From assembly GCA_963555755.3 (NCBI GenBank), contig OY820905.2:896001-960000 (forward strand): a stretch of DNA of 64,000 nt, written 5' to 3'. Each line of letters opens with the position of its first letter. The first letter of the stretch is position 1. This document shows, in pieces, positions 10,137 through 19,943 of the stretch. The position numbers and the translations under genes are program-made. The notes below the pieces were generated by a model, which saw nothing but the letters and a program-made list of their open reading frames with translations, was not told the DNA's origin and did no database searches. The DNA is from Nitrospirales bacterium. Lineage in GTDB: Bacteria; Nitrospirota; Nitrospiria; Nitrospirales; UBA8639.

Positions 10137-11045
10137 TCACCACACCTCCGTGCGAACACTCAACGGATTGATGTCTAACTGACGCAAACCGCGAAGCAGT
10201 TGATCGCGGGCGCTGACATTCCCACACAGTCGGATATGACATTGATCAACGTTCGGGACCAGTGCCAGCAGCGGATCCAGCTTGACTCGCGCATCAGGAG
10301 CCTCGCCGGCTTCTGCTACAATGATCCGGCCCTTGGATTCGTTCCAGTCTTCAGGCCATTCCCGTGTTAACACCGGATGATATTCAAAATGCTCGGGAAA
10401 GATACTGGCCAACGCTAACAGCTCTTCATGCTCCATCAATTGCCGAGGATTCCGCACGCTGGACACCAGGATAAACTCAACCCCGCGGCACGTCGGCGTT
10501 TTCCCGAACGCCTGTGTCTGCATATAACGAATGTGAGAAAGAAACGGCGTGAGTCCGGTTGAAAATGCCAACGCAAGAATTCTCATGGTCGGCCATTCGT
10601 CATCCGCTTCCAAGATCAAATTATTGGGTTGCATCTTTTGGCTATTTTCATAGACAACGAGTTCCGCCATTGGTTCATTCACCTCAACACGAACATCAAT
10701 GGTCTCTCCAGTCGCCAAAGCATGTTCGACAGCATCGGTTTGCCACCAAGGTGAGGTATCGGCCTTCTCTCGATGAGTGTCATTGACAATAGTTTCCAAG
10801 ACCCGAGGCGCATCAATTGCGGAATTCGATCGCGTATACATTCTTCGCCGATACTTTCCAGACCGTTTCCCAAACGGACGAGCAAGGAAAGCACTTCCCG
10901 GACGCATTCTATCGTGAATAGGAAGAGCCCGACCATCGATCTCATACATCTCGGGAAGCGTCAGCTCGATTTTTCGAACCTCGCCTGGCTCATACGAATG
11001 AACCTTAGTGATCGTGGCTGGAACAAACAGATCGCCTGGCGTCAT
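10137..11045 (-). CDS. divergent ferredoxin-NADP+ reductase (FNR) superfamily oxidoreductase
   Basis: RMYT (RxYS-like), STGLTPF, LTRE, LCG and C-terminal EVW. Confidence 0.7.
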   Translation of the reverse strand: MTPGDLFVPATITKVHSYEPGEVRKIELTLPEMYEIDGRALPIHDRMRPGSAFLARPFGKRSGKYRRRMYTRSNSAIDAPRVLETIVNDTHREKADTSPWWQTDAVEHALATGETIDVRVEVNEPMAELVVYENSQKMQPNNLILEADDEWPTMRILALAFSTGLTPFLSHIRYMQTQAFGKTPTCRGVEFILVSSVRNPRQLMEHEELLALASIFPEHFEYHPVLTREWPEDWNESKGRIIVAEAGEAPDARVKLDPLLALVPNVDQCHIRLCGNVSARDQLLRGLRQLDINPLSVRTEVW

Positions 11046-11109
11046 GAACGATGGTGCTCCTCTCGAAAAGGTTATCGCTCGTTTGTCATAGAGCTTTTAG
11101 AGAATCCGC

Positions 11110-11231
11110 TTAGAAACGGCAGTTGAGCGCAAAAAAAGACGTGCAAGATATTGGCGTGCATGGTGAAATACAAAAAGTCGTGGTCACCTTAGAGCTTGCG
11201 CGGACTTTTGTGATCCAACTGCTGTTTCTAG
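11110..11231. mobile_element. Family F miniature element
   Basis: TIR tagaaacggcagttg / caactgctgtttcta; copies at 47430, 33681, 20939. Confidence 0.8.
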
Positions 11232-11273
11232 GATCATACACCTTTCAAGGTCATCACAGAATATACCTTCCCC

Positions 11274-12860
11274 CCCAAGATCCGCGATGGATTTATTTTG
11301 GGCATAAAAAAACCTCGTTGATTTGCTAAGATACGGGTGCCCACCCACTTAGCCACTCCTCACCAACGAGGTGAAACGAATGATGCCACAAACCGTTCTT
11401 CCGTTCAAGCTTGAGCCCACCGACGAACAGCTCACCGCTCATGGCGGGCTGGCGCTGTTCGGGGAGTTTCTCCAAGCCATGAATGTGCCCCGGCAACTCA
11501 ATGCGGCCTTGCCCGCGCCCGGGAGCCGCATCGGCTATCACCCCGCCCAATTTGTCGAGCCCCTGCTGCTGATGTTGCATGGCGGGGGCCGGACGCTGGA
11601 GGATCTGCGCCAGATTCGCGAGGATGCGGGCTTGCGGGCCGTGCTGCGACTCCCCGTGGTTCCCAGTGCCGATGCCACGGGCGATTGGCTGCGACGCATG
11701 GGGGAGAAGGATGGTTTAGCAAGTTTAGCCGTCGTCAATCAGCAGCAGATCCGGCGGGCGTTGAAGCGGGAACCGCGCACGGACTATACCCTCGATCTTG
11801 ATGCCACGCAGATTGTCGCGGAGAAGCAGGCAGCCAAATGGACGTACAAGGGGGAGCGAGGCTATCTGCCGATGCTGGGGCACCTGGCGGAAAATGGGCT
11901 GGTGCTTGGGGAGGAGTTTCGTGAAGGGAATGAGGCTCCGGCGTCCCGCAATCTTGAATTCACCCAGGCGTGTGCGGCGCAGATGCCCAAAGGCAAACGG
12001 ATTGCTCATGTGCGGGCGGATAGTGCGGCGTACCAAGCGGAGTTGTTCAATTGGTGCGAGGAGCACAACGTGACGTTTGCGATTGGGGGCGTGCAGGATA
12101 CGGCCGTGCAGGCCGTCATTGCCGCCATCCCTGAGAGCCAGTGGCAACCCTACCGAGATGGCCATCTCGCTGAAACGGTACATTGTATGGCGAAGACCAA
12201 GCAAGCCTTTCGCCTCATCGTATTGCGACGGCCCGTGCAACAGGATCTGTTTGCCCCCGAGGCCCCCAGCCTGCGCTACACGCTGATTGCGACGAACCGA
12301 GATGGAACCCCTGAGGAGATTGTACGATGGTACAACCAGCGGGGCGAGACCAGCGAGAATCGCATCAAAGAACTGAAGAGTGGCTTTGGCATGGAACGGC
12401 TTCCGTGTGGGACCTTCGCGGCCAATGCCGTCTTCTTTCGCATTGGCGTGTTAGCCTACAACCTGTTTGTGTTGTTCAAGTTGTTGGCGTTGCCCTATGC
12501 CTGGAGCCAGTGCCAAGTGCGCACGGTGCGTTGGCGGCTGTATCAGGTGGCGGGCAAAGTGGTCCGGCATGCTGGTGCCGTGATCCTCAAAGTGCAACAA
12601 CAGCTGTGGGGCTTGTGTGAGGAGATTCGGACGCGCTGTGCAGAAGCTGCCCAGCCTTATTAAGCCGGGGCAGGGGACAGCACAAGAGAAGAAGGAAGCA
12701 GGAAGGGAGTGGTCTGCCCAAAAGGCTGGTCGATCCCATGTCAGGACAGGCAACTCTGGGAGGTGGCTCAAATCCAGCCAGACCATTGACTAAGCAACGG
12801 CGCGAACACGTGGGTTTTGCCAAAGGACCTCTGTTGACCAAACCCATCGCGGATCTTGGG
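11274..12860 (+). mobile_element. complete IS1380-family insertion sequence (1587 bp)
   Basis: 21-bp IRs cccaagatccgcgatgg(a/g)ttt with one mismatch; 5-bp TCCCC direct repeat at 11269-11273 and 12861-12865. Confidence 0.95.
11371..12663 (+). CDS. IS1380-family DDE transposase
   Basis: LTAHGGL, LDLDAT, FREGN, VRADSA, YNQRG..ENRIKELK. Confidence 0.95.
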   Translation: MKRMMPQTVLPFKLEPTDEQLTAHGGLALFGEFLQAMNVPRQLNAALPAPGSRIGYHPAQFVEPLLLMLHGGGRTLEDLRQIREDAGLRAVLRLPVVPSADATGDWLRRMGEKDGLASLAVVNQQQIRRALKREPRTDYTLDLDATQIVAEKQAAKWTYKGERGYLPMLGHLAENGLVLGEEFREGNEAPASRNLEFTQACAAQMPKGKRIAHVRADSAAYQAELFNWCEEHNVTFAIGGVQDTAVQAVIAAIPESQWQPYRDGHLAETVHCMAKTKQAFRLIVLRRPVQQDLFAPEAPSLRYTLIATNRDGTPEEIVRWYNQRGETSENRIKELKSGFGMERLPCGTFAANAVFFRIGVLAYNLFVLFKLLALPYAWSQCQVRTVRWRLYQVAGKVVRHAGAVILKVQQQLWGLCEEIRTRCAEAAQPY

Positions 12861-12952
12861 TCCCCTGCTTCACTTGTTACCTGGAAGAGAAGAGTGTAAA
12901 ATCCCGGTAGGTTTAGTTGCAATCTTTTTCCTTTTACGTGATAGGCACCATC

Positions 12953-13306
12953 ATGGCAGGCCCAGAAAAGCTCGAAGGACTTCCACAACCACCCCATCAC
13001 CCTCCACTTTCGAAGGCCGTGCCTCTGCGCCAACACGTCTCGAACATAACCTCGGGCGCTCCCCACAACACAGATCCCGTTGAACTCTCACCCGAGAATA
13101 CCGAATATCAACAGATTTTAAAACGTATCGATCAAGCGCCGGACATCCGCCCTGATCGCCTGGAAAAAATTCGTCAGGCACTCGAAGCCGGATCCTATCA
13201 CATCGACTCTAACGTTGTGGCTGCTCAACTGATTCGAGAAACCCTGATCAATGACCTCACGAGCAATCAACCTCGCGATGATCCCGAATCTCGGACAAGC
13301 TCCTAG
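12953..13306 (+). CDS. flgM: anti-sigma28 factor FlgM
   Basis: DPVELS...APDIRPDRLEKIRQALEAGSYHIDSNVVAAQLI FlgM C-terminal pattern. Confidence 0.75.
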   Translation: MAGPEKLEGLPQPPHHPPLSKAVPLRQHVSNITSGAPHNTDPVELSPENTEYQQILKRIDQAPDIRPDRLEKIRQALEAGSYHIDSNVVAAQLIRETLINDLTSNQPRDDPESRTSS

Positions 13307-13469
13307 CTAAACCACCATTCCGTTCCCACACTGCAGCTTCCTCCATGTTGCCTTCCTTTTTAGAAGGATAGGTTTCGTCTACGTTGCTTTGCGCACTGAT
13401 AGGCCAGGGACACCTTTCGTCTCGGCGAGAAGAGGTTAGACATCCAACCTATCAACCACAGACTTTGAC

Positions 13470-13496
13470 TGAAGCATTTGGGAAAACGACCGAAAA
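13470..13496 (+). promoter_or_regulatory. possible sigma28 promoter
   Basis: TGAA-N15-ACCGAAAA compared with consensus TAAA-N15-GCCGATAA, upstream of a PilZ gene next to flgM. Confidence 0.35.
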
Positions 13497-13506
13497 CAGT
13501 TGAGAG

Positions 13507-14169
13507 ATGTATCAATCCTCACAGACCACCTCACCTTCAACCACCAATACGGTTTGGCTTCGCCTTGAAGAGGAACACCAGTCTGCCATGTTGCGAGGAC
13601 ATCTCATTGGACTGGGTTCGGACCAATCACTACTCTGCGCACTTCCGACTCACACGACCTGGCAACAGTTCAAACCGGGCATGACATGCCGAGGACACAC
13701 GTTGATTGAAGGAGAAACCTACCAATTCGAAACCACCATCAAGGAAGTACTCCTTAAGCAAGGAGCGTTACTATTGAATAGTCCCAAGAAAATCACGCGT
13801 CGCTCCCCTCGAATTCATCCTCGTGTGCCAGTGAACATCTCCGGCATCATTCGTCCAACCAATCACAATGGTGATGTGCTCGCCGTTCTCCCGACTACCC
13901 TGATCGACTTATGCACGATGGGCTGCCAACTGGTCACATCAGAAATCACCTGGCCGAGCTTGGCCACACTGACCGTCGTCCTCACCTGCCGGTTACCTGA
14001 GCTCGATCACACCTCAAAATTTCATGGACGTATTGAATGGATCGATCCAACACCAGAACTACAAATGGGCATCCAATTTCAATTTACCTCTACCTCGGAT
14101 GTGGCCTGTCGGGACCTGGAACGATGGTCCGGCTCACAACAGGCCAAGCTCATCAATACGGTGGCCTAA
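13507..14169 (+). CDS. PilZ-domain (YcgR-like) c-di-GMP effector
   Basis: RIHPR (RxxxR) and DLCTMG (DxSxxG-like) after a YcgR-type N-domain. Confidence 0.8.
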   Translation: MYQSSQTTSPSTTNTVWLRLEEEHQSAMLRGHLIGLGSDQSLLCALPTHTTWQQFKPGMTCRGHTLIEGETYQFETTIKEVLLKQGALLLNSPKKITRRSPRIHPRVPVNISGIIRPTNHNGDVLAVLPTTLIDLCTMGCQLVTSEITWPSLATLTVVLTCRLPELDHTSKFHGRIEWIDPTPELQMGIQFQFTSTSDVACRDLERWSGSQQAKLINTVA

Positions 14170-14425
14170 GGGTTCATCACACCCTCATCACACATCCATT
14201 CCAGCTCACAGTACCAATCCGCATAGCTTGGCAAAACAAGAATCACCATCCTTCAAAGGCCACGAAACACACAACCCTTGCAGGCCAACCAACAGATTCC
14301 TTAAAATACGTACTTCCACAATCCTCATACTGGCATTTCTCGACATCGAACCGAGAAGCATAGTATACATTTATTCATCAAGGAGTTGGCCCTGCGCTCA
14401 TCATTTCCGGAAGAAGGTCCCCGTC

Positions 14426-15502
14426 ATGAAAGAACTCATCAATAATAGGCACGTCATTGACATCAAAGAATTAGTCACCCCACGGCAGGTCAAAGAAAAG
14501 CGGCCCATGACGGAAGTGGCCGAACGGGTGGTGATTGAATCCCGTCATGCCGTTCAAGATGTCTTGTATGGCCGAGACCAACACCGCCTGCTCGTTGTCG
14601 TCGGGCCTTGCTCCATCCATGATCCTGAACAAGCCTACACGTATGCCGAATCCTTAAAACGGATCGCCGACACCACGAAAGATCACTTACTCATCATCAT
14701 GCGAACCTATTTTGAAAAGCCACGTACGACGGTGGGATGGAAAGGCCTCATCAACGATCCACATTTGGATGGCTCATGTGACATTGCCTCTGGTTTTGAA
14801 TTGGCACGAACTATTTTATTGAATATCAATAATATGGGTGTTCCCTGCGGTAGCGAATTGCTCGACCCGGTCACACCTCAATACATTTCCGACTTGCTCA
14901 GTTGGGCTGCCATCGGCGCACGCACCACAGAAAGCCAAACGCATCGGGAAATGGCTAGCGGTCTCTCCATGCCTATCGGCTTTAAAAATGGAACAGACGG
15001 AAGCCTCCAAGGGGCGCTGAATGCCATGGTCGCCGCCAGTCACCCACACAGCTTTGTCGGCATCAACGTCAATGGCGTGACATCCATCATCAAGACCAAT
15101 GGCAACCCGGATCGCCATATTGTCCTACGGGGTGGCGGCGGAAAAACAAACTATGGCCGTGAGCATATTATTCAAGCCCTCGAAAGCCTGGTGAAGGAAG
15201 ACATCAACCGGCCCATCATGGTGGATTGTTCACACGGAAATTCCGACAAAGATCACACACGACAAATTCCCGTGGCGCACTCCGTTCTCAAACAACATTG
15301 TGAAGGACAAAAAGGGATCCTCGGATTGTTGCTGGAAAGTAATTTGAAACCAGGCAAACAATCGTGGGGGAAAGGGAAAACCCTGGAATACGGTATTTCA
15401 ATTACCGACGCCTGTATTGGCTTAGAAGATACTGAAACCTTACTAAACGAACTCGCCGAAGGGCTCGCCAAGGAGTCACGGGAAAAAGCGGTCACCCATT
15501 AG
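14426..15502 (+). CDS. aroG: class I 3-deoxy-7-phosphoheptulonate (DAHP) synthase, AroF/G/H type
   Basis: GPCSIHD, RTYFEKPRT.VGWKG, IGARTTESQ.HRE, DCSHGNS, SITDAC. Confidence 0.95.
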   Translation: MKELINNRHVIDIKELVTPRQVKEKRPMTEVAERVVIESRHAVQDVLYGRDQHRLLVVVGPCSIHDPEQAYTYAESLKRIADTTKDHLLIIMRTYFEKPRTTVGWKGLINDPHLDGSCDIASGFELARTILLNINNMGVPCGSELLDPVTPQYISDLLSWAAIGARTTESQTHREMASGLSMPIGFKNGTDGSLQGALNAMVAASHPHSFVGINVNGVTSIIKTNGNPDRHIVLRGGGGKTNYGREHIIQALESLVKEDINRPIMVDCSHGNSDKDHTRQIPVAHSVLKQHCEGQKGILGLLLESNLKPGKQSWGKGKTLEYGISITDACIGLEDTETLLNELAEGLAKESREKAVTH

Positions 15503-15586
15503 CCTTGGCCCATGACAGGAGGCCGAGCCCATGACCGACCATCACACGCACGAACCACACAACCATATTCACCCCGAAACAAAAAT

Positions 15587-15660
15587 GGGGTCAGACTCGA
15601 TTAAATACAATTCACGGCCTTAAAGATTTGGAGAAGCGACAATTAATTCAAGTCTGATCT
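15587..15660. repeat. REP-like inverted pair (GGGGTCAGAC type)
   Basis: ggggtcagactcgattaaa ... aattcaagtctgatc; the reverse complement recurs at ~25856-25874. Confidence 0.5.
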
Positions 15661-15688
15661 AATATAATAATAATAAAATAGTTCCGGG

Positions 15689-15850
15689 CTACTGATGGGG
15701 GTTGCGAAAGCGACGCCAGACTGGAAAGACCATGGTCAGGATGAGACCAAAGAAATAGAGAGAAAGGATACACACTATAGACACGGCGAGGAAGGGAACG
15801 CCTTGGCCAGATCGAAACAGCTCAATGATAAATGTTAACCACTCTGGCAT
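15689..15850 (-). CDS. small single-TM membrane protein
   Basis: GAGG RBS; hydrophobic 53-aa ORF with basic C-terminus. Confidence 0.5.
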   Translation of the reverse strand: MPEWLTFIIELFRSGQGVPFLAVSIVCILSLYFFGLILTMVFPVWRRFRNPHQ

Positions 15851-15913
15851 TATAGCCCCAACGACCTCACGCAAAAAATGATGATTGAACACCCAGATCA
15901 TTATTCCAACCTA

Positions 15914-16081
15914 GGGCCTGTGAAACAATAACCTGGACATCTCGCATCCCATCTTCGGGCCATCTTTGAACGCGTCTCAATCGAAAAAACCTCAACATAG
16001 GCATCCTACGCCTCGGTTTTTTCTCAATCGTTACGTCCAAATCTGGACGCGATTTTGTCCAAGTTATTGCTTCACAAGCCC
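15914..16081. mobile_element. Family C MITE (diverged) abutting the MerC stop codon
   Basis: gggcctgtgaaacaataac / gttattgcttcacaagccc; internal match to 5335-5513. Confidence 0.8.
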
Positions 16082-16564
16082 TTACTGCACGGGTGAAGCC
16101 GGGACAGAACCCTGCTCGCTGCCCTCGTCAAACACTACGTCTCCACTTTCTTCATGACAGCCATGGCAGTGACACAGAGAACGGTTAAAAAATCCACCCC
16201 AGGCGATGATCGATGCGCCAATTAAATCTCCTGAAATTTCCAGTGATGTTCCAAGTTCGACAAAAAGCCGAGTCGATAGCAAAATCAGAAATCCCACGAC
16301 CGTTAACATGGCCGGACGCCGATCGCCATGGACCGGATATGTCACCAGCACACCAAACCCGGCGACGACCACTATCACGCCTAAAAATACCCATTCGAAG
16401 GAATGCGAAAAAACCGCGCCAAACAGGCCTTCTAGCGCCCCACCATATTGAGCCGCCAGCAAGGGAAGCGCCAGCAACACCAACGGTGTCAACGCGCAGT
16501 GCACCGCACACACAAGAGAAATCATTGACCCGGCTTTGGATAATTTTACGCCTAACTTAGACAT
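16082..16564 (-). CDS. MerC-domain membrane protein
   Basis: SLVCAVHCALTP motif, four TMs, CHCHGCH tail. Confidence 0.85.
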   Translation of the reverse strand: MSKLGVKLSKAGSMISLVCAVHCALTPLVLLALPLLAAQYGGALEGLFGAVFSHSFEWVFLGVIVVVAGFGVLVTYPVHGDRRPAMLTVVGFLILLSTRLFVELGTSLEISGDLIGASIIAWGGFFNRSLCHCHGCHEESGDVVFDEGSEQGSVPASPVQ

Positions 16565-16601
16565 GCTTCTCCTACTTCTCCTGTTATGTAACCGCTACTG
16601 G

Positions 16602-16787
16602 GGCTGTTCAAAGAGGCCCATTGTCTGACCCGCCCAACCCAGGCGCGCCAAGACGCGCCCTTCCACAGGCAAGGCCGCAGGCGCTTTGGCGCGCGGAGCG
16701 TACTCATAGTACGTGAGCACGATAAAGGGCCAAGAACGCCGCTGGCGGACCCTTCGGCCAGACTCAGGGCATGCTTTTTCAACAGCC
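16602..16787. mobile_element. Family A miniature element with small nested palindromes
   Basis: ggctgttcaaa ... ttttcaacagcc ends; gcaaggccgcag...gcgcggagcgtac...gtacgtgagcac core. Confidence 0.8.
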
Positions 16788-16789
16788 AC

Positions 16790-17209
16790 TTACTGGCATT
16801 TGGGACACCACCCACTAAATTCCAGGGAATGATCCCCAACTACGAACCGAGTTTCTCGCTCAATCAGGGCCGTGAGTTTTTTCAATGGGCACAAGAGCAG
16901 GTCCACGATGCGTCCACACGTCTTACACCGAATGTGGTGATGATGCTCACGGCCTTCTTTAATTTCGTAGCGAAACTGCCCTTCTTGATGCAGCTCCAAC
17001 TGTGTGACTAGTCCTAGCTCTTTTAATGCGGTTAAGTTGCGATAGACCGTCACGAGATCAATTGCGACCTGTGCTTTCTGTAATTGGCCAAAGAGTTCAG
17101 TCGCGCTTAAGGGAAGCTTTGTGTCTTCAAGAACCGACAGCACAGCTTTTCGGGTTCGCGTCATCCGCTTGCCGGCAGCCCTCAACTCATCTTTTAATGT
17201 GGTTTTCAT
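16790..17209 (-). CDS. Fur-family regulator, probably Zur-like
   Basis: RMTRTR, TVYRNL, HHHHIRCKTCG, GWCPKC. Confidence 0.9.
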   Translation of the reverse strand: MKTTLKDELRAAGKRMTRTRKAVLSVLEDTKLPLSATELFGQLQKAQVAIDLVTVYRNLTALKELGLVTQLELHQEGQFRYEIKEGREHHHHIRCKTCGRIVDLLLCPLKKLTALIERETRFVVGDHSLEFSGWCPKCQ

Positions 17210-17261
17210 GATAGCTGACCAAACCCCACGCACAGGAACAATACATTCAGGGATTCCACTA

Positions 17262-17278
17262 ATGCAAGCTCATTGCAA
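17262..17278. promoter_or_regulatory. putative Fur/Zur-family operator TGCAA-N5-TTGCA
   Basis: aTGCAAgctcaTTGCAa palindrome ~55 nt upstream of the regulator start. Confidence 0.55.
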
Positions 17279-17346
17279 ATAACATAGCCATCGCTTAGAA
17301 GTCAACGAAAACAGGAATTCCTTTAAATAACCGTCTTTTCACCTAG

Positions 17347-18879
17347 TTATTTTTTCTTATCGCCGATACCCAAATACGAAAGAATGTATGGAACATTCAC
17401 GTGCCGTGCCACATGCGCAGCCCAACGATCAAGGGCTGTGGACATGCGTCGTGAAACAGACTGGGAAACTGACACGTCGAGCGCCTGTAATCCCTTTCGT
17501 TGCCGAATACGATTGAGCCACGCTCGCCGAAACCCAGGCTGATCGAACACGCCATGAATATACGTACCCCACACCGATCCATCGCTCGACATCGCGCCAT
17601 CAACTTGCAATTCCCCTTCACGCCCCCCAGGCCTCTCAACAATTTGGAAACAAGGGGAGCCAGAATTTCGATGCGTGATCCCCATATGAATCTCATAGCC
17701 CATCACGTGACGGTCCGACATGGCAGACAAAAATAAAGACTGAGCCGTCACTTGGGAGGTATGTTTATCCGGTAACAACTCGGACGTCATATCCAAAAAG
17801 CCGAGACCTTGGATTTCTCCTCCCTCCTCAACTCCCTGTGGATCGGCCACCCTCTTGCCCAACATTTGAAACCCGCCACATAGCCCCACCAGTTCCCCGT
17901 TTTTCTCTTGAACATGTGCTTCAAGTTTTTCGCAAAATCCCTGGTCCAACAGATACTGAAGGTCGGCAATCGTATTCTTTGTACCGGGAAGGATCACCAC
18001 ATCCACGTCATCTAGTTGTTCAGGTCGTTTAATGTAATGAAACGCGACATCATCTTCCGCGGCCATCGAATTAAAGTCCGTGAAGTTGCTCAGATGCGGA
18101 AGCAACACGACCGCCACGTTGACGGTCTGCGTGGAAAAGGGTTTGGAGTCCTTCGAATCGACAGTCACGCTATCTTCTTGATCCAATTCGAGCTGTCGAA
18201 GGAACGGCACAACCCCTAAAACGGGAACACCTGTCCGTTCCTCAAGGATTCGGACGCCATCATCAAACAATCGCCGGTCTCCACGAAATTTATTGACGAT
18301 CACGCCCATGACTCGTCGACGCTCATGCGGCTCCAACAAATCGAGAGTCCCAATGATTTGCGCAAACACCCCACCCCGATCAATATCCGCAACCAGAATG
18401 ACGGACGCATCCGCCATATCCACCACAGGCCAATTGACCAAATCACGATCTCGCAAATTCACCTCAGCCGCACTCCCCGCGCCTTCGATAATCAACACAT
18501 CATGCCGTGCCGCCAACCGTGCATAACTCTCTTGCACAAAACGAAATAACTCGGGCCTGCAGCCAAAGTATCCATTGGCATCATAACTGCCCCAGACCTT
18601 CCCTTGGACAATCACTTGCGAGCGATGGTCGGCCTCAGGTTTGAGCAGGATGGGATTCATATCCACATGGGGCAACAAGCCGCACGCCTGGGCTTGTAAC
18701 ACTTGCGCTCGCCCCATCTCCCCACCATCCACCGTCACAAATGAATTCAAGGACATATTCTGCGACTTAAACGGCGCGACATTGATCCCTTTTTGATGCA
18801 AGAGGCGTCCCAGCCCAGAAGACACCAGACTCTTCCCCACATCAGACGCGGTTCCCAAAATGGCTAAGGCTTTTGGCAT
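17347..18879 (-). CDS. cobQ: cobyric acid synthase
   Basis: GTASDVGKS, PFKSQNMSLN, MNPILLKP, EGAGS.AE.NL, SNFTDF, CGGFQMLG, GTYIHG. Confidence 0.95.
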   Translation of the reverse strand: MPKALAILGTASDVGKSLVSSGLGRLLHQKGINVAPFKSQNMSLNSFVTVDGGEMGRAQVLQAQACGLLPHVDMNPILLKPEADHRSQVIVQGKVWGSYDANGYFGCRPELFRFVQESYARLAARHDVLIIEGAGSAAEVNLRDRDLVNWPVVDMADASVILVADIDRGGVFAQIIGTLDLLEPHERRRVMGVIVNKFRGDRRLFDDGVRILEERTGVPVLGVVPFLRQLELDQEDSVTVDSKDSKPFSTQTVNVAVVLLPHLSNFTDFNSMAAEDDVAFHYIKRPEQLDDVDVVILPGTKNTIADLQYLLDQGFCEKLEAHVQEKNGELVGLCGGFQMLGKRVADPQGVEEGGEIQGLGFLDMTSELLPDKHTSQVTAQSLFLSAMSDRHVMGYEIHMGITHRNSGSPCFQIVERPGGREGELQVDGAMSSDGSVWGTYIHGVFDQPGFRRAWLNRIRQRKGLQALDVSVSQSVSRRMSTALDRWAAHVARHVNVPYILSYLGIGDKKK

Positions 18880-18966
18880 AATTTTCTCACAGAAAGTGAA
18901 ATTTTCTTCACCATAAAGGATGGACGGATTTAGCTCAAACTCGATATCGTCCGAAACGCAATGCAC

Positions 18967-19007
18967 AAAAAAAGAGCCCCATGCTCATCCTCAGCATGAA
19001 GCCCTTT
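18967..19007 (-). terminator. rho-independent terminator of the PEP-CTERM gene
   Basis: gggcttcatgctgag/gagcatggggctc hairpin followed by T7 on the minus strand. Confidence 0.7.
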
Positions 19008-19036
19008 CACAACAGGAACAGGAAGTTGACTCGTCC

Positions 19037-19726
19037 TTAGCCCTTCCTTTTCCTCATCTGCCAGCCCACGAGACCAACCAGGCCCACACCCAATAAGAGC
19101 ATCGTGCTCGGTTCAGGAATGGGATTGGGGTCGGTATTTCCGGGTGGAGGAGTCCATGTACCGCCTCCACTCAAAGTAAAATTACCAAGAGTGGTGTTAC
19201 CATTCAGTAAGGCACCAACGTCCCCCCCGAACGTAGAGGCATCCACTTGCCAAAAATCCCCGTTGAAAATGGTGGCTGACAGAAACTGCACGACTTCCAA
19301 CCCCCCACCGACGTACTCCCAAAAGCATCCCGGGAAAATAACAGTTACCTCACTGCAACCAAGGTCATCTGGAGGAAGCACCACGCCCGTGGCGTCAACC
19401 AATGTTCCATGATCGAAAGTAAACGACCCCGGCGAAAACAAAAAAGTCGTCGCACCAACAAACCCGGGAAAATTCGGGCCAGAGATGGTAAATTCAGAAT
19501 CCATGACATTGACTTTGGTAAATTGCATTCCTGTGACAGGTGAAACTGGAAGTGGCGGATCAAAGTCCAATTCCAAAAATGCCGTCACAGTATGCCCATC
19601 ACCATCACCTGCATAGGTCCAGATAGAATTTCCATGGGCTTGTGGGACAACTCCTCCCCCGACAAACAAAACCCCAAGTACGAGTTGGGGTAAAATGTTT
19701 CGTAACTTCATCACGAATACCTCCAT
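19037..19726 (-). CDS. PEP-CTERM sorting domain surface protein
   Basis: Signal peptide; IPEPSTMLLLGVGLVGLVGWQMRKRK C-terminus. Confidence 0.95.
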   Translation of the reverse strand: MEVFVMKLRNILPQLVLGVLFVGGGVVPQAHGNSIWTYAGDGDGHTVTAFLELDFDPPLPVSPVTGMQFTKVNVMDSEFTISGPNFPGFVGATTFLFSPGSFTFDHGTLVDATGVVLPPDDLGCSEVTVIFPGCFWEYVGGGLEVVQFLSATIFNGDFWQVDASTFGGDVGALLNGNTTLGNFTLSGGGTWTPPPGNTDPNPIPEPSTMLLLGVGLVGLVGWQMRKRKG

Positions 19727-19943
19727 ACTTAATAAGGAAAAGAAAAAGCCCGTGACCTCTAACTGCGCAGGAAAGCTTTTCCATCATCAGAAAACGGGAA
19801 AACCCGTTTTTGCATGGACATCCATTCCTCCCATTGGTCTTGCCATCGGTTTCCGATGATTGAAAAGTCACAACAAGACGACTCTTCCCTCCTTATTGTT
19901 GTTGAGTAAAAAATGTGAGCACTATTGCTCTAAACACTCATAC

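Noticed and set aside
14024..14425. N-terminal extension of DAHP synthase (similarly cobQ 18880-18966, rmlB 37978-38061, MoCo carrier 5424-5573)
   Set aside because: Family similarity starts at downstream start codons; the extensions overlap other genes or repeats
16082..16564. Mercury resistance operon
   Set aside because: No merR, merA, merP or merT nearby
18880..19036. Cobalamin riboswitch upstream of cobQ
   Set aside because: The region is short, occupied by a terminator, and has no recognisable B12 box
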